The translations under genes were made by a program, and so were the position numbers. The notes below the pieces were generated by a model. It searched no databases and was not told the origin of the DNA. It saw only the letters and a program-made list of their open reading frames with translations. Below, in pieces: positions 51,166-62,282 of a DNA stretch of 64,000 nt (positions are counted from its first letter, which is position 1; the number at the start of each line of letters is the position of its first letter). The stretch lies in NCBI GenBank assembly GCA_963664225.1, contig OY760937.1, positions 4,992,001-5,056,000 of the forward strand, written 5' to 3'. Source of the DNA: Verrucomicrobiia bacterium (GTDB taxonomy: Bacteria > Verrucomicrobiota > Verrucomicrobiia > Limisphaerales > UBA1319).

Positions 51166-51810
51166 TCATTTTGGGAAACCGACGGCCTGGGCGACGACGA
51201 TATGCTGGTCGGGGCGCAGATTCATGGCCTTGGCCATGGGCGCATGATCCAACTCATGGACCACGCAGGCCAGCCCTTCCGAGGCGCAAAATAAATAGAC
51301 ATTTTGCACGATGGCTCCGGTATCGACCCCGGAGTAAACAGGGCGCGATTCGGGAGCGACCTTGGCCATGCGCACGTAATCGGAGACATAGATCAATTGG
51401 ATCGGCGCCACTTTTCCAAAAGGCTGGCCCGTGCTTAGCGGGCGCACATCCTCATCGGACACCTTGACCATGCGATGGGGTTTGGCGTCATAGCGATAGA
51501 GACCGCCGGCCAGAGCAATGTAAATATCGACGTCCTGGGCATTGACGGCGGAAGGAGCGGTGCGGTGCTCGATTTCCGGTCTGTTGATGCCGAAAGCGGC
51601 CCAAAGTAGATCAGACATTTGTTGCGTGCTGAGGGCGTCGGACTTGAATTCACGGATGCTCTGGCGTTCCTGGAGGGCTTGCATGACCGGTTTGCCGCCG
51701 GTGCGATGCGGGGCGGGAAGGGCACCGTCGAACGCGGCGTCGGCGGCCATCAATACGCTGGCTGCACTGAGCAAAACAAGCCACAAGGTAAGTTTGGTTA
51801 TGTGTTTCAT
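51166..51810 (-). CDS. Secreted nitroreductase (SagB/ThcOx-like) family protein
   Basis: RQSIREF, LLWAAFG, RTAPSA, QNVYLFCASEGL, VGFP and a signal peptide. Confidence 0.9.
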   Translation of the reverse strand: MKHITKLTLWLVLLSAASVLMAADAAFDGALPAPHRTGGKPVMQALQERQSIREFKSDALSTQQMSDLLWAAFGINRPEIEHRTAPSAVNAQDVDIYIALAGGLYRYDAKPHRMVKVSDEDVRPLSTGQPFGKVAPIQLIYVSDYVRMAKVAPESRPVYSGVDTGAIVQNVYLFCASEGLACVVHELDHAPMAKAMNLRPDQHIVVAQAVGFPK

Positions 51811-51893
51811 GATTGGAAAATGCCATCAGGCAATCCCGAAAGCGATGGTAAAATTGTGTAGATCAATGTTGCAATGCAGCGGCAAAAATGCAA

Positions 51894-54431
51894 TCAGCGT
51901 GTCCGGGCCATGGCGGCGGCGAGGTATTGTTTGGCGGTGGCGTTGTTTGGATCGATGCGCAGGCATTCCCTGAAATGAAAGATGGCCTGTTCGAAGTTCT
52001 GCTGTTTGGCGAACGAGACTCCCAGATTGAAGTGGGCCTCGATGTGGTTGGGATCCAGTCTAACCGCGTCGAGGAAGTGCTGTTGAGCGAGAGGGTCGTT
52101 ACCCTGGCGCCCGAGTTCGAAGCCGAGGCGATTATGGGCCTCGGCGTTCTCAGGTTCGAGTTGCAAGGCGGTGGTGAAATGGGTCATGGCATTGGAGATT
52201 TGTCCAGCGGCGCGCAGGACATTGCCTAAATTGATGTGAAGGGTCGCGTTACTGGGATTTGCCGCCAATTCCGCCTCATAGTTGGCTATGGATTCTGTGA
52301 TTTTGCCTTCACTGGTGAGGATGCGACCCAGGTTCAGCAGGGCGGCCGTATTTCCGGGATTCAGTTTTAACGCCTTGCGGTAATGGTTCTTGGCCTCCTC
52401 GTTCTGGTTGCGATGGGCGCATGCCAGACCCCAATTCACATGGGCGCTGGCGAAATCAGGTTTGTAATGAAGCGCCTTTTCATAGTGCGCGATCGCCTCA
52501 TCCGTTCTGTCCAAATCGGCCAAAGCAAGACCCAGGGCATTGTGGACTTCAGGGGAATCGGGTTTCATCGAGAGGGCTTTTTCCAGGGGTTCCAAGGCTT
52601 CCTGACTTCGACCGAGTTCGTCAAGGATGCTGCCCATTTGATAAAAGGCGTTGCGATAGTGGGGCAATAGAACAGCCACTTTGCGCCATTGGACGAGGGA
52701 ATCTTCCTTGCGGCCGCACAGGCTGAGCAACCGGGCCGTATTTTCAACGAGAACCCAGTCACCGGGATCCCTGGCGCTGGCTTGTTCAGCGGTGGCGAGG
52801 GCGGTTTGAAATCCGGGTCCAGCAAGCTCGCTGTGAAACGCTTTTGTTTGCTGTTCAAAGAGCGCAAAGCGCGAGGCGTGGTCGAGTTGGCGGGTGAATG
52901 GCGGCTGGTCGAAACGCTGCTTCATCACCAAGGCCATTTCATGGCGGTTATAATCGGTGAAACCCAGCCGCGTGGCGCAGTTCGTTGCGTCCAGCCAGGA
53001 GCCGTTGGTGGAAGAATTCTGGCGCGCGATTAATTCTGCAAAATCGCGTGCCAGCCAGTAATTGCCCTCGAATTTGAAATGCACATGTTCCCATAAGAAC
53101 TCATCTCCGATGATGTCGTGCGGGGAGCGTTGGGCCAGGGCCTTGCGGAAATCGAGCAGTTGGACCTGCTGAGTGGACCATTTGGCGGCGGTGTTGCGGA
53201 GGATTACGTCCTGGTGTGAATCCGTCCGAAAACGGAGACCATCGCAATCCATTGCCTGAGTGAAATGCCGGGCGGCTACATCGAACTGACCGGCCGCCAT
53301 GGAGGCGCGTCCCATTCGGTAAGCCAGATCAGCAAATTGGTCATCGAGGCTGGCCGCCTGCTGGTAGGAGGCCATGGCTTGGTCAAGTTTTCCGGCGGCT
53401 TCCGCGACGATTCCGTTGGTGTAAAGCTGATTCCAATCGCGGGTTTGTTCCGGCGTCAAACCCTGGCGATGCAGCGAGGCAAAAGGGGGGCAATCCTTGA
53501 GGTTGGCGGCGACCGTGGAGAGAATGACGCAGGCGTGTGACTTGAGTCCCAATCCGACAATATCGTGGAGATTACGCTGAAAATAGTCGTAAACGCGCGG
53601 CATGCGCGGATCTGTGGGGCGGATTTGCTGGTCGAGAAACATCTCCATGCCACCCCAGGACTCGTTGGTGCCGCCACGGGATTTGACGCGCTGCTGGACG
53701 GTGTCAATGAGTTGTCCGATGCGGGTGGTTTTGAGAGCCAGGGCGGCGCGAATCATGGGCAGTGGGGGTGTTTGCTGGCCAAACACGGTGCCCGCGCCAT
53801 AAGGCCCTACGACTTCGTTGTTGCCCATGTAAATGAGCCAGTAATCGGCCTGCAACCGCTGGCAATCCCGCGCGATCTGGAGGATGACGTGGGAGTTGAT
53901 GGCGGTCATGGCGGTGTTGATCACCTCGAAATTGGTGCCAGAAAAGCGGTCTTTGAGCAGGACTTCCAATATGCGGGGGAAACCATAGGCGGGATCGGGA
54001 TCACCATAGGCGGCGGATTCTCCAAAAACAATGATGCGCACGGTGTTGGGCGGCTTGGTTTCCGAAATGAGCATCGGCCGCGGAGTGCGCGCGGCGGCAG
54101 GTGCGAAAAAACGCCATCCGAATTTCTGGTTCTCAACTAGATAACCGGTTTTCGGGCCGGGAATGAAAAAGGAAGTGGGGTAACCGAAGCCAGCCAGGCG
54201 GAGCGTCAGTTCGACCGCGATCAGTAACAGCAGGGGGATCAGGAACAAGGCGAGCAGACGGAAAACTTTGCGGCGGCGGGCGGTCAGGGGCAAAGGCAAT
54301 GGATGGGCCCTGGCGCCTGGTGGGTGTTGTTTTTCACCCCCTGGGGGCAAGCCAGATACGATTGGAGATATCTTGCGGGCCTTAGGTTGTTTCAAAGCGC
54401 AAGGTTTAGTAAATCTCCGCGCGCCCAGCAA
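51894..54431 (-). CDS. Membrane-anchored SGNH-like domain plus TPR-repeat protein
   Basis: N-terminal TM, VFGESAAYG, YMGNNEVVG, WEHVH and many C-terminal TPR repeats. Start uncertain, probably downstream. Confidence 0.85.
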   Translation of the reverse strand: MLGARRFTKPCALKQPKARKISPIVSGLPPGGEKQHPPGARAHPLPLPLTARRRKVFRLLALFLIPLLLLIAVELTLRLAGFGYPTSFFIPGPKTGYLVENQKFGWRFFAPAAARTPRPMLISETKPPNTVRIIVFGESAAYGDPDPAYGFPRILEVLLKDRFSGTNFEVINTAMTAINSHVILQIARDCQRLQADYWLIYMGNNEVVGPYGAGTVFGQQTPPLPMIRAALALKTTRIGQLIDTVQQRVKSRGGTNESWGGMEMFLDQQIRPTDPRMPRVYDYFQRNLHDIVGLGLKSHACVILSTVAANLKDCPPFASLHRQGLTPEQTRDWNQLYTNGIVAEAAGKLDQAMASYQQAASLDDQFADLAYRMGRASMAAGQFDVAARHFTQAMDCDGLRFRTDSHQDVILRNTAAKWSTQQVQLLDFRKALAQRSPHDIIGDEFLWEHVHFKFEGNYWLARDFAELIARQNSSTNGSWLDATNCATRLGFTDYNRHEMALVMKQRFDQPPFTRQLDHASRFALFEQQTKAFHSELAGPGFQTALATAEQASARDPGDWVLVENTARLLSLCGRKEDSLVQWRKVAVLLPHYRNAFYQMGSILDELGRSQEALEPLEKALSMKPDSPEVHNALGLALADLDRTDEAIAHYEKALHYKPDFASAHVNWGLACAHRNQNEEAKNHYRKALKLNPGNTAALLNLGRILTSEGKITESIANYEAELAANPSNATLHINLGNVLRAAGQISNAMTHFTTALQLEPENAEAHNRLGFELGRQGNDPLAQQHFLDAVRLDPNHIEAHFNLGVSFAKQQNFEQAIFHFRECLRIDPNNATAKQYLAAAMARTR

Positions 54432-54452
54432 TCAAAATACGAATTCGAGCAC

Positions 54453-54484
54453 AAAAAAACGCGGACCTTTTACAAGGCCCGCGC
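54453..54484 (-). terminator. Rho-independent terminator of the rluB-folD operon
   Basis: Minus strand CGCGGGCCTT-gtaa-AAGGTCCGCG followed by T7. Confidence 0.8.
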
Positions 54485-54508
54485 TCTCGGAAAACTGAGT
54501 GGTTGGAA

Positions 54509-54961
54509 TTAACCCTGGGGCTGCGCCGGTTCCTGGGGCGGTTGAGCCGCGCCGGGTTGCTGCTGCTGGGGTACGACAAGGATCGGCATGGGGAAACGCA
54601 ATTTCATCACATCGTCCACGAGCACCTCGATATAATAGTTGCCGGGGGTCTTGATTTCCACCTGGCCGAAGACGGTGACATTGGTGGCGTGGTGGGCGGG
54701 GTCCTGGAGGGTGAACTTGACCTTGCTCTGACGGACGAGCGTGGTCTGGTCCGGGGCCACCAGGCGGACGCTTTCTTCAAAGGTGCCGATGCCGGCGGTC
54801 CAGCGATTGAAAACGCAGAGTTTAAAGGCAGTGATGGGCACTTGCGGCACGCGGATGATGCCTAGAATGCCAATGACGATGAAGTTGCCGTTGATTTCCT
54901 GACGGACTTCCTCGCAGAGCAAGGAAGCCTGGAGATCGGGGAGGATGCGTGTTGGATTCAT
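54509..54961 (-). CDS. DUF6941-like conserved hypothetical protein
   Basis: LLCEEVRQEINGNFIVIGI...PGNYYIEVLVDD. Co-oriented in the operon. Confidence 0.75.
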   Translation of the reverse strand: MNPTRILPDLQASLLCEEVRQEINGNFIVIGILGIIRVPQVPITAFKLCVFNRWTAGIGTFEESVRLVAPDQTTLVRQSKVKFTLQDPAHHATNVTVFGQVEIKTPGNYYIEVLVDDVMKLRFPMPILVVPQQQQPGAAQPPQEPAQPQG

Positions 54962-54980
54962 ATTATTGAGTTCTAAAAAA

Positions 54981-55862
54981 TCAGAGGGTGGCCTGTTCGG
55001 CGGCCTGAACGGTGTTTCGCATGAGCATGGCAATGGTCATGGGGCCAACGCCACCGGGATTGGGGGTGATCTTCGACGCGATGGGTTGAACGCGCGCAAA
55101 ATCGACGTCTCCCACGAGGCGATAACCATTTTTCGCGGCGGGGTCGTCAATGCGGTTGACGCCCACATCGATAATTACTGCGCCGGGTTTGACCATGTCG
55201 GCCTTAAGAAATTCAGGCACGCCCATTGCGGCAATGATGATGTCCGCGCGTCGGCAATGTGCGGAGATGTCGCGGGTGCGCGAGTGACAGACCGTGACTG
55301 TGGCGTCGGCGTGGCGGGATTTTTGAATCAAAATGGAGGCCATCGGTTTGCCAACGATGTTCCCGCGTCCCAGGATGACGACTTCGGCTCCCGCGATTTT
55401 AACGTCGGAGCGAATGAGCAATTCATGAACGCCGCCGGGGGTGCAGGGGACAAAGCCACCGCGTTCGCCCAGCATCAGTTTGCCGACATTGACCGGATGA
55501 AAACCATCGACATCTTTTGCCGGGGATACGGTGGAGAAAACCCTGGCCTGGTCCATTTGCCGGGGCAGGGGGGCCTGGACGAGGATGCCATGAACGCCGG
55601 GGTTGGCGTTTAATTCGCGCAGGAAATTCAGCAATTCGGCCTCGGTGGTGTTTTCAGGAAACACGCGCGTGGTGGAGGTGATGCCCAGTTTGAGGGACAT
55701 TTTCTCCTTCATTCCCACATAAACCTTGGAGGCGGGGTCTTCCCCAACGCGAACAAAAAAAAGGCCGGGCTGCACGCCCCGGACCTTAAGTATGGAAACA
55801 CGTTGAGCGGTTTCCGCATGAATTTGTTCCGCGATGGCGCGGCCATTAATGAGATTATTCAC
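54981..55862 (-). CDS. folD: Methylenetetrahydrofolate dehydrogenase/cyclohydrolase
   Basis: ASKVYV, HGILVQAPLP, KDVDGFHP, PCTP, VGKP, DVGVN, PGGVGPMT. Confidence 0.97.
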   Translation of the reverse strand: MNNLINGRAIAEQIHAETAQRVSILKVRGVQPGLFFVRVGEDPASKVYVGMKEKMSLKLGITSTTRVFPENTTEAELLNFLRELNANPGVHGILVQAPLPRQMDQARVFSTVSPAKDVDGFHPVNVGKLMLGERGGFVPCTPGGVHELLIRSDVKIAGAEVVILGRGNIVGKPMASILIQKSRHADATVTVCHSRTRDISAHCRRADIIIAAMGVPEFLKADMVKPGAVIIDVGVNRIDDPAAKNGYRLVGDVDFARVQPIASKITPNPGGVGPMTIAMLMRNTVQAAEQATL

Positions 55863-56868
55863 GGGAATTCGGTGCGGGCTGAAGGAAATCGATTTCGATC
55901 ATCGGCGTGTTCGTCCAGCGTTCGTCCATGTATTCCTCGCCGGTCACGATCACTTTCTGACCGTGAAAACGATCGAGGGATATATTGGTTTTGGAACTAT
56001 GCAAGTAATTGATCAATTCGCCGTTATCGGCGCTCTGCAATTGAAAGAAAGTGGGGGCCTGGATGCTGCCGACCATGTGGACGACGCCTTCACGGCGGAC
56101 TGTGCGCCGGGGGGCGGGCTCATCGATTTCGGCCGGACGAGGCGCCAAAGGAGGAGGCGTGAGCACCGGGGATGGGGCGGTTATGACCGGAATGGTCACC
56201 ACGGGTTTGGCCGGGACCGGGGCTGGCGCATCGTGAGCGGGCACAGCCGGTTGGACTGCTTTTACGCTTTCAACAACGGCAGGCGTGGGCGGGGGAGTGA
56301 CCACGGGAATCTCCACTTTGGCGGGTTCGGGCGTGACGGCTTGTTTTGCCGCGAGTTTAGCCGCAGGGGCTTCGACCACCGCCGGTTTTTCCGCAGCAGC
56401 CTCCAAAAGGTCGCTGGCTAAAAAGGCGTAGGCATTGGTCACGGACTCGATCTCCATCCAATCCTCCTTGGAGCGGATGGGTTTGATGGAATCGCCGCGG
56501 ACCAGAAGTCCGATGACGCTGTAATTTTCACCCGGACCGGCGCGCAGGTTCAGCTTGCGGGCTTTGACGGTGTTGTTGGTGCCGTCAAGAAAGGTGGAAT
56601 TGATCCACAAAGGAACATTGGCGGGCATCTGGATGCGGGCCCATTTCCCGGGTTCGCCAGCTTTGGGCTTGGCGATGGTGATTTCCTCGAGGATGGTCAC
56701 CGATTCACCTTGTTTAAGCTGGGTGACGACTTCGCTGAAGATGGTGGGCTTGCCCCGCACATTAACGATGTCGGCTTTCACCGTGGCGGTTTGAGCCGCT
56801 TGAGAGTGGATGTTGGACAATCCCGCCAGGGCGATGGCGGTCAATACGCGCCAAACGTTTATTTTCAT
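55855..56868 (-). CDS. Secreted tandem SH3b-domain protein
   Basis: VNVRGKP, LNLRAGPGENYSVIG, Pro-rich linker and a signal peptide. Confidence 0.85.
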   Translation of the reverse strand: MKINVWRVLTAIALAGLSNIHSQAAQTATVKADIVNVRGKPTIFSEVVTQLKQGESVTILEEITIAKPKAGEPGKWARIQMPANVPLWINSTFLDGTNNTVKARKLNLRAGPGENYSVIGLLVRGDSIKPIRSKEDWMEIESVTNAYAFLASDLLEAAAEKPAVVEAPAAKLAAKQAVTPEPAKVEIPVVTPPPTPAVVESVKAVQPAVPAHDAPAPVPAKPVVTIPVITAPSPVLTPPPLAPRPAEIDEPAPRRTVRREGVVHMVGSIQAPTFFQLQSADNGELINYLHSSKTNISLDRFHGQKVIVTGEEYMDERWTNTPMIEIDFLQPAPNSRE

Positions 56869-57581
56869 GACCGGGGTAGTAAAGATTTGATTTCGGTTTC
56901 TGTCAAGGTCCGCCATTTGCCCTGGCGAAGTTCGCCAAGCTTGATCGGTCCAATTTGCATCCGGACGAGGCGGGAGACGGCAACTCCAAGGGCTTCAAAG
57001 AGTCTGCGCACTTCGCGGTTCTTGCCTTCGGCCAGTTCCAATTCCACGACGGTGTGGGTATTATTGCGGTCTATCACTCGATAGCGCTCCGCCTTGAGGC
57101 GTTCGCGCATGTGGGTCAGACCCTGCACCATGCGATTCAGTTGGACGTCTTCGACGCGCCCCTCGACCGTGGCCACATATTTTTTGTGAATGCCAAAGCG
57201 GGGATGGGTGAGACGAAGGCAAAAATCTCCGTCGTTGGTGAGGAAGAGCAGTCCTTCACTTTCCAGATCGAGGCGTCCCACGGGGTAAAGCGTCCGCCAT
57301 TCGGCGGGAAGGAAATCAAGGACGGTGGGTCGCTTTTCGGGATCGCTGCGCGTACACAAACAGCCCCGGGGCTTGTTGATGGCGATATAGATCTTCCGGC
57401 GGACCTTCAGGGGGCGGCCATCGACGGTTACATGATCATGCAACGGATCGATTTTAGCGCCCATTTCGCGAATCACCTCTCCATTAACGGTGACGCGGCC
57501 TTCAAGAATGATACTTTCACCGGCACGACGCGAGGCCACCCCTGCTTCAGCAAGGAATTTCTGCAAACGGACGCGCGTCAT
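56865..57581 (-). CDS. rluB: RsuA/RluB-family rRNA pseudouridine synthase
   Basis: RLQKFLAEAGVASRR, NKPRG, VGRLD..SEGL, EGKNREVRR. Confidence 0.9.
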   Translation of the reverse strand: MTRVRLQKFLAEAGVASRRAGESIILEGRVTVNGEVIREMGAKIDPLHDHVTVDGRPLKVRRKIYIAINKPRGCLCTRSDPEKRPTVLDFLPAEWRTLYPVGRLDLESEGLLFLTNDGDFCLRLTHPRFGIHKKYVATVEGRVEDVQLNRMVQGLTHMRERLKAERYRVIDRNNTHTVVELELAEGKNREVRRLFEALGVAVSRLVRMQIGPIKLGELRQGKWRTLTETEIKSLLPRS

Positions 57582-57663
57582 GTGGAAAAATGAAAGCCGC
57601 CAGGACTCAATGAGTTGAACCGCGCGGAGGGGCCTGCCACCGTCCGCACGGGCCGGAAGGAGA

Positions 57664-57819
57664 TTATGCCTCGCCTTTGGTCTTGCGCAGGCCGATGACC
57701 CGGTCGCCGGGTTTCCATTGACCGCGTTTTTTGAGTAACTCGACGCGCTCGAACCGCTTCAATACGTTGCGCTTGGACCCCAAAGTCGTTGCCGCGCGTA
57801 AACTTCTATGCTGTGACAT
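57664..57819 (-). CDS. Small basic protein, PVC signature family (TIGR04137-like), 51 aa; absent from the ORF track
   Basis: Manual translation MSQHRSLRAATTLGSKRNVLKRFERVELLKKRGQWKPGDRVIGLRKTKGEA*. Confidence 0.92.
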   Translation of the reverse strand: MSQHRSLRAATTLGSKRNVLKRFERVELLKKRGQWKPGDRVIGLRKTKGEA

Positions 57820-57998
57820 ATAATTCCACCAATAAAAAAGTTAAACCAAACCCCGCCCTGACTGGGCGCGGAACGGAGTTTTTATCACACCCACATTCAA
57901 ATGCAATCCGTTATTTGGGGACATTGGATTATTTTATAAAAGCCAGGGAAGGCAGATTCTCGCAGCATCGTGCGAATGGCCTGAATTCCAATGTGTAA

Positions 57999-59204
57999 TT
58001 AGAGTTCCCTTAAGGCTTTGGCGATGGGCATGCGGGCGGCACGGATGGCTGGGAAGAGGCCTCCAATGCAGCCGATGGTGGCCGCATAGAGAATTCCCTG
58101 AACCAGAAGCCCCGGGGTGACTCGAAAGGCAAAAGCGACCTGGCTGAAGCTCTGCCAATTGATGGTTGCGGCCTGGTAGCCGTCAAAGGCCACATAAGCG
58201 AGGCCGCCGCCGATCACGCCGCCGATGAGCGCCAGGACCAGGGATTCGAAGAGAATGGACATGATGACGGCGGAACGTCCGAAGCCCAGCGCGCGCAGGG
58301 TTGCGATCTCGCGTGTCCTCGCGGCCACGGCCGAATACATGGTGTTCAGGGCTCCAAAGACCGCGCCGACTCCCATCAGAGAGGCGATGAGCGTGCCCAC
58401 GCCGGTGATGAGGTTGTAAATCATCCTGGATTGTTCGGAATAATATTCCGATTGGCGCAGCACTTTGACATTGGTGCGGGGATCCCTGGAGAGGGCTTCC
58501 TTGAACTGTGTAAAGGCTTCGGGGGAGGTCAAACGCAGGTAAACGGATTGGTAACTGGTGCCCCGACGGTATGCGGCCTGAAGGATGCTGGCATCGGTCC
58601 AAATCTCGGATTCATCAATGCCGCCGCTTGAAGAGAATATTCCGACGATGGTCCAGATATTTTGGGCCACGTTCAGGGTGCCGCCCAAATCCAAACCGGT
58701 GAACTCCGCCGCCGCGCCCCGGCCGATCACGACTTCATTGCGACCCGTCTGGAACCATCGGCCCTTGAGCAACCGCACCTCTTTGCGAACATCCCGCGCG
58801 GCATGTTCAACGCCGCGAATGGGCACATTGGCGTCGGTGCCGGTGGAACGTTTGGGCAGATTGATGATGATGAACAGTTCCGGGGAAGCCACGGGGCCCT
58901 GGGCGGAACGTGCGACACCCGGGGCGTCGGTGATGGCACGGGTTTCGTCACGGCTGAGGATGCTCATCATTTCGGTGTCGGCACCGCTGCGCATGACAAT
59001 GACGGCCTGGGGATCACCGGAGTTGATCATGGCATGGCGGAAGCCCTGACCTATGGAAAGCACGCCGACCATGACCGCCACGACGCCAGCGGTGCCAAAG
59101 ATGGAGGCCGCCGCCGCGCCTTTGCGCTCGGGAAGAGTCAGCAGACTGAACCTGGTCACGGAGGCGAGTTGGGAGAGCCAATTGGAGAGGTGCATCATGG
59201 TCAC
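57999..59204 (-). CDS. ABC transporter permease (MacB/FtsX family)
   Basis: Four-TM layout, NTMYSAVAARTREIATLRALGF, ES, GGLFPA. Confidence 0.92.
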   Translation of the reverse strand: MTMMHLSNWLSQLASVTRFSLLTLPERKGAAAASIFGTAGVVAVMVGVLSIGQGFRHAMINSGDPQAVIVMRSGADTEMMSILSRDETRAITDAPGVARSAQGPVASPELFIIINLPKRSTGTDANVPIRGVEHAARDVRKEVRLLKGRWFQTGRNEVVIGRGAAAEFTGLDLGGTLNVAQNIWTIVGIFSSSGGIDESEIWTDASILQAAYRRGTSYQSVYLRLTSPEAFTQFKEALSRDPRTNVKVLRQSEYYSEQSRMIYNLITGVGTLIASLMGVGAVFGALNTMYSAVAARTREIATLRALGFGRSAVIMSILFESLVLALIGGVIGGGLAYVAFDGYQAATINWQSFSQVAFAFRVTPGLLVQGILYAATIGCIGGLFPAIRAARMPIAKALREL

Positions 59205-60355
59205 ATTCTCCTCAAGGCTTCCGCGACCCGGAGCTTCATGGCATACCAGGCGGGGAGAATGCCGGCGATCGCACCCAGCAGGAACACGAATCCCAGGCCG
59301 GTGACGAGGTCGATTTTGCGCAGATAAAACATGGGCAAAGCACCGTTGGTCGGATCTCCGCGCGAAATCATAAACCAGGCGATTCCCAGCCCCAGGATGC
59401 CTGCCAGGCCCGCGAGGAAACAGGATTCCGCGAGGACGAAAACCAGGACCTGGGTGTTGGTGAAACCCAGGGCCTTGAGGACGCCCAGTTCCTCGGTGCG
59501 CTCGCGAACGGATTGGGCCATGGTGTTACCGGCCACGAGAAGGATGGTGAAAAAAACGGCGCTGAGAATGGCGGTGAGGATTTTCCCAATATCGCCCACT
59601 TGTTTGGCGAAACTCTGAACAAAAGCGCCCTCCGTCTCGGCCTTGGTTTCGTAGGGGGAATTGGCAAATTCCCTGTCGATTTCCTGGGCGATTTCGGTGG
59701 CGTGATCGGAGTCGCTGACACGCACGATGTACCATCCCACAAGGCCTTTGGCGTATTGGCGGGCCTCGTCGAAGTAGTCGTAATGGATGAGGAACTGGGT
59801 GGTGTCCGTGCCGTCTTTGGCTCCGTCATAAATGCCTTCGAGATCGAATTCCCAAGTGCGAGAGCCGTCCATTTTGGGCCAGACGGTGGCTTGAATCGGA
59901 ATGCGATCGCCGACTTTCCATCCGAAACGGTCCGCGGTCTTCCGGCCTGCAATGGCACCGGTGCGGTTGCGAAACCAGTTGGCTTTTTGCTGCGGTGGGA
60001 GTGTGAATTCCTGGTAAAGGGAGAGGTATTTCTCCGGTTCCACAATCATTTGCGGAAAGAATTTCGTGGGATCCTGATAGATGCCGCCAAACCAGGTGGA
60101 ATGGGTGACTTCAGCGACGCCCGGGATTTTAGCGATGCGGGGTCCATAGCTTTGGGGCAGGAGCTGGGCGATGGAGATTTTATGCCGGGCGATCAGGCGA
60201 TCCGCTCCGGCAACGTCCACTCCGGCGTTCAAAGCGGTTCCAATGGCGCAGAGATAGCCATAGAGCACGAAGGCCACCAGGATGGAGAGCATCGTCAGAA
60301 TGGTCCGCAACTTGCGGCGTTTCAGGTTGCTCCAAATGAGGTGGAGATACTTCAT
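59201..60355 (-). CDS. ABC transporter permease (MacB/FtsX family)
   Basis: NLKRRKLRTILT, NTMAQSVRERTEELGVLKALGF. Confidence 0.92.
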   Translation of the reverse strand: MKYLHLIWSNLKRRKLRTILTMLSILVAFVLYGYLCAIGTALNAGVDVAGADRLIARHKISIAQLLPQSYGPRIAKIPGVAEVTHSTWFGGIYQDPTKFFPQMIVEPEKYLSLYQEFTLPPQQKANWFRNRTGAIAGRKTADRFGWKVGDRIPIQATVWPKMDGSRTWEFDLEGIYDGAKDGTDTTQFLIHYDYFDEARQYAKGLVGWYIVRVSDSDHATEIAQEIDREFANSPYETKAETEGAFVQSFAKQVGDIGKILTAILSAVFFTILLVAGNTMAQSVRERTEELGVLKALGFTNTQVLVFVLAESCFLAGLAGILGLGIAWFMISRGDPTNGALPMFYLRKIDLVTGLGFVFLLGAIAGILPAWYAMKLRVAEALRRM

Positions 60356-61050
60356 TCCGCCAACGAGTTGCCCAACTGGCCTTTATTCAGATACAGAGTC
60401 CGGGTGGCCCGGTGCGAGGCATGGGGATCATGCGTGACCATGATGATGGTTTTGCCGTGATCGTGATTGAGCGCCTGGAGGAGGGTCAGGATTTCATCTC
60501 CAGCCTTGCGGTCCAGGTCTCCCGTGGGTTCGTCGCATAGCAGCAGGCTGGGGTCCGTGACGATGGCGCGGGCAATTCCCACGCGCTGTTGCTCACCGCC
60601 GGAGAGCTGCCGTGGATAATGGCGATGGCGATGAGACAACCCCACCATCGAGAGCGCTGCGTCCACATGCTCTTTGCGCTCGGATCGGGTCAAGGGGGTC
60701 AGGAGCAGGGGAAGCTCGACGTTGCGTTCGGCGGTCAGGACGGGCAACAGGTTGTAAAGCTGGAAGACAAAGCCAATATGGCGGGCGCGCCATGGAGCAA
60801 GCTGGCGGTCGGAGAGATTCTCGATGTGGTCGCCTCCAATCGAGATGGAACCTTCATCCGGGCGATCCAAGCCGCCAATCAGGTTTAGGAGGGTTGTCTT
60901 GCCCGATCCCGAGGGGCCCATCAGGGCGAGGAATTCACCTTTCAGGACGTCCAGATTCAATCCCTCCAGAATATGGATTTCCTCCATGCCGCGCTTGTAG
61001 CGGCGGCAGACATCCACAATACGCACCAGGGCTTCGCGATCTTCGGTCAT
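60352..61050 (-). CDS. ABC transporter ATP-binding protein (LolD/MacB-like)
   Basis: [26 protein letters not shown]. Confidence 0.96.
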   Translation of the reverse strand: MTEDREALVRIVDVCRRYKRGMEEIHILEGLNLDVLKGEFLALMGPSGSGKTTLLNLIGGLDRPDEGSISIGGDHIENLSDRQLAPWRARHIGFVFQLYNLLPVLTAERNVELPLLLTPLTRSERKEHVDAALSMVGLSHRHRHYPRQLSGGEQQRVGIARAIVTDPSLLLCDEPTGDLDRKAGDEILTLLQALNHDHGKTIIMVTHDPHASHRATRTLYLNKGQLGNSLAE

Positions 61051-62282
61051 GGCTTCTCCTCGGCCACCTGCATGCCTTCGACCATTTTATCCGGACCGCG
61101 AAGAACCACCTTTTCGCCGCCGGTCAGGCCGGAGGTGATGATGGCATCGTCGCCGGTCATAGGACCCGGTGTCACGGAGCGGCGCTCGAGTTTGTCCGAG
61201 TTCACGATCCAGACGAAATCGCGGCCCTCCTGTTTTTTCAGGCTTATTTTGGGGATTGAGATGCTTCCTGCGATGGTGCTGCGGGCCCCTTTAAAGGCGA
61301 CTTTGACACCCATATCCGGCAAAATGCGCGTATCCAGTTTGTCGAAGCCGACGCGGACTTTCACGGTGGCTTTCTGGCGGTCGGCTGTGGGAATAATGGC
61401 AATCACTTTGCCTGGGATCGACCATTCGGGGTAGGCGTCCAGTGATGCGACAATCCTGCCGCCCGCCTCGACGCGTTGAATGTAGGCTTCGTTCACGTCC
61501 ACCTCAATTTCGAGCGATTCCATGTCCACCAGCGTGCAGATGCCTGTGCGGGTGAAACCGCCGCCGGCGGAGATGGGGGAGATCATTTCGCCCGGCTGGG
61601 CGTTTTTGGCAACCACCACACCGGTGAAAGGAGCGCGAATCACGGTGTCATCCATCTGTTGATTCCAAAGGTCCACCTGACGGTCGGCGGTTTCCGCATC
61701 GGCGTCCTGCTGGACGAGGCGCGCCTTATAGGCATCGACTGCGGCCTGCGCGTGATCCAGGTCCGAAGCTGTGGCGATTTTATTTTGATTGAGATTGCTG
61801 ACGCGAGTCAGTTCAGACTGCGCCTCAGCCAGACGCACGCGCGTTTCTGCGAGGGCCGCATGACTTGACTTGGCCTGGGCCTGAGCCAGACGCAAATTGA
61901 CCACCACATTTGAGTTGTCCAAATTGGCAAGAATCTGACCCGCCTTGACAGTCATGCCCTCTTCGATGAGAACCTCGACGACTTTGCCCGTGACCTTGGA
62001 TGACACGGTGGCCAATTTGCGGGCGGTGACGTAGCCGGAGGCGTTGAGGACAGTGTAGTCTCCTTCGGACGCGGTTTGGCGGGCCACGACGGTTTTGACG
62101 GGAATTCTTTGATTTTGTTTCCAAAGCCAGCCCAGGAACAGGAAGGCGACCAGAATAAGGACGATCCAAAGAGGCCATTTAGGCCATTTGGGCCTGTTGG
62201 ACCCATTGGAACCAGAAGGCTTATTCCCGGACGGCTCCCTTTGGATACGCAGGGCATCAAGTGTGGTTTTATCGGGACTCAT
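61047..62282 (-). CDS. Efflux periplasmic adaptor (membrane fusion protein)
   Basis: N-terminal [40 protein letters not shown]. Confidence 0.93.
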   Translation of the reverse strand: MSPDKTTLDALRIQREPSGNKPSGSNGSNRPKWPKWPLWIVLILVAFLFLGWLWKQNQRIPVKTVVARQTASEGDYTVLNASGYVTARKLATVSSKVTGKVVEVLIEEGMTVKAGQILANLDNSNVVVNLRLAQAQAKSSHAALAETRVRLAEAQSELTRVSNLNQNKIATASDLDHAQAAVDAYKARLVQQDADAETADRQVDLWNQQMDDTVIRAPFTGVVVAKNAQPGEMISPISAGGGFTRTGICTLVDMESLEIEVDVNEAYIQRVEAGGRIVASLDAYPEWSIPGKVIAIIPTADRQKATVKVRVGFDKLDTRILPDMGVKVAFKGARSTIAGSISIPKISLKKQEGRDFVWIVNSDKLERRSVTPGPMTGDDAIITSGLTGGEKVVLRGPDKMVEGMQVAEEKP

